Positions 16,118 to 23,871 of a stretch of DNA of 32,000 nucleotides are shown here, one piece after another. Below the pieces are notes generated by a model. That model saw only the letters and a list, made by a program, of their open reading frames with translations. It had not been told where the DNA came from and did not search any database. Source of the DNA: Pirellula staleyi DSM 6068 (GTDB taxonomy: Bacteria; Planctomycetota; Planctomycetia; Pirellulales; Pirellulaceae); assembly GCA_000025185.1 (NCBI GenBank), contig CP001848.1, forward strand, positions 5,010,001-5,042,000. Reading direction: 5' to 3'. Position 1 is the stretch's first letter. Each line of letters starts with the position of its first letter. The position numbers and the translations under genes were made by a program.

Positions 16118-18628
16118 ATGCCTCTCATGCTCCGCTTCACGCACGCCTATTTCGGTACGTACTGCCTTGCGTTATTCCTTGCGGCAACTACCCACGCTCG
16201 GGCCGACGACGCGCAGGCACCAAGCACTCCTGCTGTGCCGGGAGATGTTCAGCTGGAACTTCTCCCCAAAAGCATCGTGCTCGAGGGGAAAGAAGGCTCG
16301 CAGCAGGTAGTGCTTCAGCGATCGATCGATGGAGCCTACATCGGCCAGCAACGCGAATCTGTGGTGCTCACAAGCGATAACCCGAGTGTCGCGAAAATCG
16401 AAGAGAGCCACGTCATCGCAACCGGCAATGGCACTGCCATGATCGAAGCGACGCTGGATGGCAAAGTAGTCGCCCGCAGCAGCGTGACGGTCACGAAATT
16501 CGATGCGCCGTTTGAATGGAGCTTTCGTAATCACGTCGAGTCGGTTCTTTCGAAGCAAGGTTGTAACGGCGGCGCTTGTCACGGCGCTCGCGCGGGACAA
16601 AAAGGGTTTCGACTCACGCTGTTTGGCTTCGATGTCGACGCCGATTACTCCTACCTCACGCGGCAAGCGCTTGGCAGGCGTGTGGTCCCCACCGATCCCG
16701 GACGCAGCTTGATTTTGACGAAGCCAACCGGGCTGTTGCCGCACAAAGGGGGCGTGCGACTCGATGTCGCCTCGAAGGAATATCGCGTACTGGCCGAGTG
16801 GATTGCTTCGGGAACTCCTGGTCCGAGCGATGCTGATCCGCAGATCACGCGTCTCGAAGTGCTCCCCGAGCAAAGTGTGCAAAAGCTTGGCGACCATCAG
16901 CAAATTGTGGTCCTGGCCCACTTCAGCGATGGCCATGTGGAAGATGCCACGCGTTGGTCGAAATACACGTCGGTGCACAGCACGGTGGCAACTGTCGGCG
17001 AGCATGGCGATGTCGAAATCGTCGGACCCGGCGAAGGGGCAATCAAAATCTGGTACCTCAATTATTCCGCGATGGCGTTTGTTACGGTCCCGTATGCCAG
17101 CAGTGATCCAGCGACGGCAAATGTGACTACCGATAAACTCGCGACGCGAAATTTTATCGACGAGCGGATCAACGCCAAACTAGCAGCCCTCCAGCTACCA
17201 GCGTCACCTCGCGCCAGTGATGCGACGTTTCTGCGTCGGGCATATCTCGACACCATCGGCGTGCTTCCTACGGCTGCTGAGACGCGAGCATTCCTCGAGG
17301 ATGTCTCTCCCGACAAACGGGATCGTGTGATCGATGCACTTCTTGCGCGGCCCGAATTTGTCGATTACTGGAGCTACAAATGGTCCGATCTGCTGCTCCT
17401 ATCGGGCGATCGTTTGCGTCCTAAAGCGATCGAAACGTATTACGGCTGGATTCGCAAATCGGTCGAGGAAAACAAGCCGTGGGACGTGATGGTACGCGAG
17501 ATTGTCACGGCGACTGGCAGCACGCACGAGAATGGTGCGGCGAATTTTTACGCCCTCCATCAAGATCCCGAGATGATGGCCGAGACCGTGGCGCAGGCCT
17601 TCATGGGGCTCTCGATCAACTGCGCGAAGTGCCACAATCATCCGCTCGAAAAATGGACCAACGATCAGTATTACGGACTGGCGAACATGTTCTCGCGCGT
17701 CCGTGCCAAAGGGTGGGGTGGCGACTTTCGTGGTGGAGACGGGATGCGAGTGGTCTATAGCGATACGCAAGGAGAACTTGTTCAGCCAAGCCGTGGCACC
17801 CCTCAAGCTCCGCGCCCTCTCGACGGCGCAGCGCTCGAGTTTGCTGATCCGATTGATCGCCGCGTGCCACTCGCTAGCTGGCTCACCTCGCCCGAGAATC
17901 CATATTTCACCCGCGCGATTGCTAATCGAATTTGGGCCAACTTCTTTGGTGTGGGACTCGTCGAAAAAGTGGACGATATGCGGGCTACTAATCCTTCGAG
18001 TAATGAGCCGCTGCTCGATGATGCAGCGAAGTTTCTCGTCGAGAAAAAATACAACCTTCGCGAACTGATGCGGGCCATTCTGCAATCGGAGAGTTACCAG
18101 CGCGATAGCCAATCGCTCCCGGGCAACAAACCCGACGAACGCTTTTACAGCCGCTACTATCCCAAGCGACTGAAGGCGGAAGTGATGCTCGACGCGGTGT
18201 CGCAGGTCACAGCCGTCCCGACAAAATTCAAAGACAAGCCAGCCGGCACTCGCGCGCTGCAATTGCCCGACGTGGCTGTCGAATCGTACTTTCTCTCCAC
18301 GTTTGGTCGTCCGCAGCGATTGATCACCTGCGACTGCGAACGGAGCGATGAACCGAGCATGCCGCAAGTGCTGCACCTTTACAATGGCGATGTGATCAAT
18401 CAGCGACTCAAGGACGAGGCTTCTGTCGTGAAATCGCTGGTCGAAAAACCAACTCCAGAGATTATCGACGAGTTGTATCTTTCTAGCTTGTCGCGGTTCC
18501 CCACCGCTGAAGAGAAAGCGCGACTAGCCACCGAGATTGATGCTGCACCAGCGGAAGAACGTCGCGCGGTGATCGAAGATTTGTACTGGAGCGTCCTCAG
18601 CAGCCGCGAATTTTTGTTCAATCACTAG
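16118..18628 (+). CDS. DUF1549/DUF1553 (PSCyt2/PSD1) protein with Ig-like (BIG2-type) inserts
   Basis: A signal peptide is present. 'FRNHVESVLSKQGCNGGACHGARAGQKGFRLTLFGFD' is followed by two Ig-like segments. The DUF1549 block is 'DATFLRRAYLDTIGVLPT..E...FL.D..PDKR...ID.LL..PEFVDYWSYKWSDLL' with 'CAKCHNHPLEKWTNDQYY' (CxxCH at 17621-17635). The DUF1553 block is 'FGRPQRLITCDCERSDEPSMPQVLHLYNG' ending '...EDLYWSVLSSREFLFNH'. Confidence 0.92.
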   Translation: MPLMLRFTHAYFGTYCLALFLAATTHARADDAQAPSTPAVPGDVQLELLPKSIVLEGKEGSQQVVLQRSIDGAYIGQQRESVVLTSDNPSVAKIEESHVIATGNGTAMIEATLDGKVVARSSVTVTKFDAPFEWSFRNHVESVLSKQGCNGGACHGARAGQKGFRLTLFGFDVDADYSYLTRQALGRRVVPTDPGRSLILTKPTGLLPHKGGVRLDVASKEYRVLAEWIASGTPGPSDADPQITRLEVLPEQSVQKLGDHQQIVVLAHFSDGHVEDATRWSKYTSVHSTVATVGEHGDVEIVGPGEGAIKIWYLNYSAMAFVTVPYASSDPATANVTTDKLATRNFIDERINAKLAALQLPASPRASDATFLRRAYLDTIGVLPTAAETRAFLEDVSPDKRDRVIDALLARPEFVDYWSYKWSDLLLLSGDRLRPKAIETYYGWIRKSVEENKPWDVMVREIVTATGSTHENGAANFYALHQDPEMMAETVAQAFMGLSINCAKCHNHPLEKWTNDQYYGLANMFSRVRAKGWGGDFRGGDGMRVVYSDTQGELVQPSRGTPQAPRPLDGAALEFADPIDRRVPLASWLTSPENPYFTRAIANRIWANFFGVGLVEKVDDMRATNPSSNEPLLDDAAKFLVEKKYNLRELMRAILQSESYQRDSQSLPGNKPDERFYSRYYPKRLKAEVMLDAVSQVTAVPTKFKDKPAGTRALQLPDVAVESYFLSTFGRPQRLITCDCERSDEPSMPQVLHLYNGDVINQRLKDEASVVKSLVEKPTPEIIDELYLSSLSRFPTAEEKARLATEIDAAPAEERRAVIEDLYWSVLSSREFLFNH

Positions 18629-18716
18629 CCCACACTGGCCCCACCTCTCGACTATCGAGTGTGCCGCAATTCGCACTGTCCCAAGCGTCCTGGATTTCAC
18701 TCAGAAACGGCCGAAT

Positions 18717-21578
18717 ATGCGTACTTTTTTCCTGCTCAGTCTGCTGGCTCTCGGGTGTATAGCTCCTGCGATTCTCGTGGCAGAAGAGACAAAACCAGTT
18801 GCTGCGGCCAGTGCCGATATCGATTACGCGCGCGATGTTCAGCCGATCTTTACGAAGTATTGCACAGCCTGTCACAGCGCAGATGAGGCGGAAGGCAAAC
18901 TCGCGCTCGATTCGTACGCGGCACTGATCGCCGGTGGCAAAAGTGGTGCCTCGATTACCGCCGGTCGGGCCGATACGAGTCGACTGATGATGCTTGTGCG
19001 TGGTACACAAAAACCGGTGATGCCGCCACGCGACAACGATGCTCCCACCGCAGCCGAGATCGCGATCATCGAGCAATGGATTGCCGCAGGCGCTAAGCCT
19101 AGTAGCGGCGAAGCTCCCGATCCGACGATGCTGGTTGTGCCCAAAATTGCTCTTCCCAAGCCACCTCGATTGGCTGTCACGGCGATCGCGGTTTCTACGC
19201 AAGGTGACCTCGTGGCGATCGCGCGTCCGGGGGAGATCGAAGTCCGCTCGCTCGCCGACAACCAAACGGTGCTCCACCACAAAAACTTGCGTGGCAGTGT
19301 GAACGCGATTGGTTTCTCGCGCGATGGAAAGATCGTTGCTGCAGGTGCTGGTGAACCAGGGCTGATTGGCGAGACGACGCTGCTGAGCACTGCAACGGGT
19401 GAAGTGCTGCGAACGCTTCGCGGACAAAAGGATAGCGTTTACTCGCTCCGTCTTAGTCCCGATGGTTCGATCCTTGCCACCGGCAGCTACGACAACACGA
19501 TCGCGCTTTGGGATGTCGCCAGTGGCAAACTCCTTCGATCGCTCGACGGGCATGGCGGCGCGATCTACGACATCGCCTTTCGGAGCGATGGGAAAGTACT
19601 CGCGTCCGCCAGTGGCGACCGCACGGTGAAGCTGTGGAATGTCGCCGATGGATCGCGCCTCGAGACACTAAAAGAATCGACCAAAGAACTCTATTCCATC
19701 GCTTTCAGCCCCGATGGAAAACGGGTGGCTGCAGCGGGTGTCGACAATCGCATTCGTGTCTGGCAAGTCTCCGACCAGGCTTTGGAGGGGACCAATCCGC
19801 TTCTCTATTCCCAGTTTGCTCATGAACTAGCGGTGCTACGACTTGATTGGTCGAGCGATGGGGAAACGATCGTTTCCACCGCAGAAGATCGCCAGATCAA
19901 AGTCTGGAATGCCGACGACATGACAATTCGGGCCGTGCTCGAAAAGCAATCTGACTGGGCAACAGGTGTCGCGATCGTTCCGAGTGGCGATCGCGTGGTT
20001 GTGGGGCGTATGGATGGTACGACAGGCGAACTCGCCCTCCCTCATAATGCCGGAAAACTGGCCGATTTTAAGCCTCTTGAAGAAACTCCCACCGAGGTGG
20101 ACTACGGGAAACAGCCCGCCGAAAATGAGCTCGCGAAGTTCGCGGAAGTAGAGCCCAACAATGCTCCCGATCGCGCGACTCCGATCACAGTCCCCGGCAT
20201 TGCTCAAGGGAAGATTCATGGCGAGGGAGGGGCCAGCGATGTCGATCTGTTTCGGATCACCGCGAAGCAAGGTGAGCAGCTGATTTTCGAAACGCGGGCT
20301 GCCAAAAAGGGTTCGCCTCTCGACTCGAAAATCGAAGTGCTCGACCTCACAGGCAAGAGCGTGCCACGACTGTTGCTCCGCGCGGTGCGCGACACTGAAG
20401 TGGAGTTTCGCGGAATGAGTAGTGAGCAGCGGGGCGTACGGCTGAAGTATTGGGAAGAGATGTTGCTGAATGACTACGTCTATCTGAATGGCGAAGTGAT
20501 CAAGCACTTTCAGCAGCGACGCGGCCCCGATGCCGATGCTCAGTTCTATCCCGAAAATGGAAATCGGTTCGCCATCTTCGACACCACTCCGCGCACGCAT
20601 GCACTCGGTGAGCCGGGCTATCTTGTCGTTCCCTATGCGATTGGTACGCCACTTCCCTCGAACGGATTGCCGGTTTTTACGATCCACTACGAAAACGACG
20701 ACGACGCGCAGCGCAAGCTGGGGCGAGATTCGAAACTTCTGTTCGTTGCGCCTGTCGATGGGGACTATTTGGTGCGTGTCACGGATGTGCGCAACTACAG
20801 CGGCGAGAACTATACGTATGATCTTCTAGCGCGACGTCGCGCTGCTGATTTCAGCGTCTCGATCAATCCGGCCGATCTGAAAGTGAATGCTGGTGGTGGT
20901 CGCTCGATCACCGTGAAAGCCGAACGGGCCGATTATTATCGTGGACCGATCACCGTGCACTTCGAAGGTTTTCCCGCCGGTTTTCAGGTGAAATCGCCGG
21001 TCGTGATTCCGGAAGGACTCAGCGAAGCGCAGGTGGCGATCTTTGCTCTCGAGGATGCCGTAGCACCGACGAGCGACGCGCTCGCCGCGATCAAAATTCG
21101 CGCCGAGGCACAGGTAGCGGGGCAACTAGTTTCTAAAGAAGTAGCGTCACCCAAATCGTTAGTACTCGAGCCCCGCGCGAAGGTGCAAGTGTTCCTCGAG
21201 CGAATCGATGAGAAGAATCAAGCAGTTGTCCCCACGCTCTCGAGCGGCTTTCCAGAACCAGCCTCCATCGAGATGGAAGCGGGAGGGAGTGTCAGCTGTC
21301 ATCTTCGCATTCTGCGGCATGGGTTCGAGGATCGCGTGGCGCTGGAAGTCCAGAATCTGCCGCACGGAGTGATTGTCGACGACATTGGCCTTTCGGGCGT
21401 ATTGGTACGCGAGAAAGAGACCGATCGCTCGATCTTTTTGCGGGCCGAACCGTGGGTGCAGCCCCAAACGAGGCTGATCCACGCCGTGGCGCAGGTCGAA
21501 GGCAACCAAGTCAGCCTGCCGATGCTGTTGACGATTAAACCCCGAGGCAATCTAGTCACGCGTGCTTCGGGAGAGTAA
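18717..21578 (+). CDS. planctomycete-type cytochrome c (PSCyt1) - WD40 repeat - PPC domain protein
   Basis: A signal peptide is present. The PSCyt1 block is 'DVQPIFTKYCTACHSADEAEGKLALDSY' (CxxCH at 18861-18875). WD40 blades include 'SPDGSILATGSYDNTIALWDV', 'RSDGKVLASASGDRTVKLWNV', 'SPDGKRVAAAGVDNRIRVWQV' and 'SSDGETIVSTAEDRQIKVWN'. The pre-peptidase-C-terminal-like block is 'EVEPNNAPDRATPI...GKIHGEGGASDVDLFRITAKQGEQLIFE'. Confidence 0.9.
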   Translation: MRTFFLLSLLALGCIAPAILVAEETKPVAAASADIDYARDVQPIFTKYCTACHSADEAEGKLALDSYAALIAGGKSGASITAGRADTSRLMMLVRGTQKPVMPPRDNDAPTAAEIAIIEQWIAAGAKPSSGEAPDPTMLVVPKIALPKPPRLAVTAIAVSTQGDLVAIARPGEIEVRSLADNQTVLHHKNLRGSVNAIGFSRDGKIVAAGAGEPGLIGETTLLSTATGEVLRTLRGQKDSVYSLRLSPDGSILATGSYDNTIALWDVASGKLLRSLDGHGGAIYDIAFRSDGKVLASASGDRTVKLWNVADGSRLETLKESTKELYSIAFSPDGKRVAAAGVDNRIRVWQVSDQALEGTNPLLYSQFAHELAVLRLDWSSDGETIVSTAEDRQIKVWNADDMTIRAVLEKQSDWATGVAIVPSGDRVVVGRMDGTTGELALPHNAGKLADFKPLEETPTEVDYGKQPAENELAKFAEVEPNNAPDRATPITVPGIAQGKIHGEGGASDVDLFRITAKQGEQLIFETRAAKKGSPLDSKIEVLDLTGKSVPRLLLRAVRDTEVEFRGMSSEQRGVRLKYWEEMLLNDYVYLNGEVIKHFQQRRGPDADAQFYPENGNRFAIFDTTPRTHALGEPGYLVVPYAIGTPLPSNGLPVFTIHYENDDDAQRKLGRDSKLLFVAPVDGDYLVRVTDVRNYSGENYTYDLLARRRAADFSVSINPADLKVNAGGGRSITVKAERADYYRGPITVHFEGFPAGFQVKSPVVIPEGLSEAQVAIFALEDAVAPTSDALAAIKIRAEAQVAGQLVSKEVASPKSLVLEPRAKVQVFLERIDEKNQAVVPTLSSGFPEPASIEMEAGGSVSCHLRILRHGFEDRVALEVQNLPHGVIVDDIGLSGVLVREKETDRSIFLRAEPWVQPQTRLIHAVAQVEGNQVSLPMLLTIKPRGNLVTRASGE

Positions 21579-21629
21579 CTTTTCGGGGGTGTAAGGTCAT
21601 AACTGACTGGATAGCAATTCCGGTCTGCC

Positions 21630-22571
21630 TTGAATCTGGTCAACTCCCAAGGACTCTCCACGATGGTTCTCACTGCACGAAATTACTTCGCACCCTGGGT
21701 GGCCACGCTGGCCGCGTGCGCACTGGTCGTCGCTTCGATTGGCGCCGCATCGGCGGAAGATAAAGCTGCTCCTGCAGGCGATAAACCGGCCAAGGGATAT
21801 CGCATCCTGATGCTCACGCAAAGCGCCGGCTTCAAGCATGGCAGCGTGAATCGCAAGGAAGGCAATCTCTCCCCGTCGGAGCAGGTGGTTACCGAAATGG
21901 GTATCCGCAGCAATCTGTTCCGCGTCGATTGCTCACAAGATGCCGCGAAAGACTTCACCAAAGAAAACCTGCAGAACTACGACATCGTCTTCTTCTACAC
22001 CACCGGCAATCTTCCAATCAAAGAAGAGGACCTGAACTACTTCTTTAAGGAGTGGCTCCCGACGAAAGGTCACGGTTTCATTGGTGCCCACTCGGCTGCC
22101 GACACCTACCACAACTACGAGCCTTATTGGGACATGATTGGTGGCACATTCAATGGTCATCCTTGGGGTTCGGGCGAGACAGTCACTGTGACAGTTCACG
22201 ACAAAACTCATCCCGCTTCCAAGCCCTGGGGAGATGAGTTCGAGATCAAGGACGAGATCTACCAGTTCAAGAACTGGCAGCCGAGCAAGGTGCGCGTGCT
22301 GATGAGCCTCAACATGGCCAAGACCAAGCTGAAGAAGCCCTACCATGTTCCTGTGCTGTGGGTAAAGAACTATGGCGAAGGTAAAGCGATGCACATGAGC
22401 CTGGGACACAACGAAAGTGTCTGGACCAACGAGACCTACCAAGCCTCGCTGCTCGGTGGCATTAAGTGGGTGCTGAACCTGGAAGAGGGAGACGCCACTC
22501 CCAATCCCGATCTATCGCAGGCGCAGGAAGAGAAGGCCAAGGCCGACGCTGAATCGTCGGGCAATAAATAG
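21630..22571 (+). CDS. secreted ThuA-like (trehalose-utilisation family, GATase1-like fold) protein
   Basis: A signal peptide 'MVLTARNYFAPWVATLAACALVVASIGAASAED' is present; the likely start is the ATG at 21663. ThuA-like blocks are 'ILMLTQSAGFKHGS', 'YDIVFFYTTGNLP', 'GFIGAHSAADTYHNYEPYWDMIGGTFNGHPW' and 'DEIYQF'. A strong terminator follows the gene. Confidence 0.85.
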   Translation: MNLVNSQGLSTMVLTARNYFAPWVATLAACALVVASIGAASAEDKAAPAGDKPAKGYRILMLTQSAGFKHGSVNRKEGNLSPSEQVVTEMGIRSNLFRVDCSQDAAKDFTKENLQNYDIVFFYTTGNLPIKEEDLNYFFKEWLPTKGHGFIGAHSAADTYHNYEPYWDMIGGTFNGHPWGSGETVTVTVHDKTHPASKPWGDEFEIKDEIYQFKNWQPSKVRVLMSLNMAKTKLKKPYHVPVLWVKNYGEGKAMHMSLGHNESVWTNETYQASLLGGIKWVLNLEEGDATPNPDLSQAQEEKAKADAESSGNK

Positions 22572-22646
22572 CCCCAAGCCCAAAGAGAAAAGCCCTCAGC
22601 GTTTATCGCGTGTGAGGGACTAAGCAACCAGCAAAACGACAACCAG

Positions 22647-22684
22647 CGGTCGCTCGGCTCACTGAAGTCGAGCGACCGTTTTTT
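22647..22684 (+). terminator. rho-independent terminator closing the DUF1501-to-ThuA gene string
   Basis: A 10-bp perfect stem pairs cggtcgctcg (22647-22656) with cgagcgaccg (22669-22678), with a 12-nt loop. A T6 run follows at 22679-22684. The element lies 76 nt after the stop at 22571. Confidence 0.75.
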
Positions 22685-22721
22685 GTTGGCAGTTCGGGTG
22701 CACAATCGACCAACGGACGCC

Positions 22722-23276
22722 CTATGCTGCGCGGCGGGATTTCATGGCGTTTGCGCGCTTCTGAATCTCGTCGACGGCAATTTTTCGGTAGGCGTGCTTG
22801 CTGCTGGTGCGCTCATACTCTTCTTGGAAGATGAGCGTCTCGCCATGAATCATGCGCGGCAGATAGCTCATCGCCCGGTCGAGCGACTCGCCCAACTGGT
22901 CGGATCCGATCAGCAGTAGGTCGGTCCCGGCGAGGCTGTTGGCCGTGCGCGCGAGTGCCGAGTACGGATCGCCCGGAACGAGCTGAAACTTCGCGCCGGT
23001 CTCTTTGAAGTGCTGAAAGGCACTCTTGAGCGGCATGCGTGGCTGCGAGGCGGGGCGGGCTTCGAAGAGATCGATACCGGTGTAACGGATCGGCTCGGGC
23101 TGGTTATTCCAGCCGAGAACTTCGAGGACTTTGCCGATGCGTGAAGCATCGCCAACCCCAATTTCAACGATAGAACGAATCGTACGCCCCTTAATTGCCT
23201 TAAGGAGTTGTCGATCGCCAGCTGGTTTTGAAAAGTACAACAGCCAGGTACTTCGAATCAGGCCGGAGGGACTCAA
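22722..23276 (-). CDS. class-I SAM-dependent methyltransferase-like protein
   Basis: The Rossmann motif-I-like 'SIVEIGVGDASRIGKVLEVL' is present. An acidic residue ends the next strand ('RYTGIDLFE'), and 'DLLLIGSD' resembles the post-motif block of small O-methyltransferase-like families. The assignment is tentative. Confidence 0.55.
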   Translation of the reverse strand: MSPSGLIRSTWLLYFSKPAGDRQLLKAIKGRTIRSIVEIGVGDASRIGKVLEVLGWNNQPEPIRYTGIDLFEARPASQPRMPLKSAFQHFKETGAKFQLVPGDPYSALARTANSLAGTDLLLIGSDQLGESLDRAMSYLPRMIHGETLIFQEEYERTSSKHAYRKIAVDEIQKRANAMKSRRAA

Positions 23277-23871
23277 CGCCGCATTCCTTTGCGCCTATGA
23301 GAGAGCCTTGGATACCTGTGTTTCGGATCGTGGAGGGGAGAAAATTCAGAGCATCCCCAGGTAGTCGCTCGAGGTGGTCTAGAGGAACTGTAACGGGGGT
23401 GCGATGTCGAGCTGTACGTGAAGTGAGCCAGTTCTGGCAAACTTTAACGGTTGTGCTGCCTGTTCAGCCGAGAACTGAATTGTTTCATGGTGAGAACCCC
23501 CGCCAGCGGCAACGCGTACGAAGTGTGACCTAGATTTTCTCAAGTTTTGGCCGGCAGGACGCGCGGTCATGGATCACCCTCCAAGGCCCGGTTCCGGGCA
23601 ACTGGAGTTGCGAGGCCTTTCTCCCCAGGGCCGCGAGCAGGTGAATTGCGAGTGACTCGTGCGACACATTTGGTCGCACCTCTCGCCCGACGATTCACGA
23701 CGCTCAATCGCAATTCGCGCGGAAAAATATTCCTGCTGATGAATCTGCCCCATCACGCGAGCGCCACCGGTGCGCGCGAGAAGGGGAGTGCCATGCGCTT
23801 GCGCTAGGCGGGAATGCTCTGCGAACGATCGGAACCGTGCCTGTACCTCTATCGATTGAGGGCCTGGCCCG

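Noticed and set aside
18717-21578. The WD40-repeat protein considered as a STAND/NLR-like or defence-associated sensor.
   Set aside because: It has no NTPase (Walker A/B) region. It has a Sec signal and a PSCyt1 haem domain, consistent with a periplasmic planctomycete-type protein.
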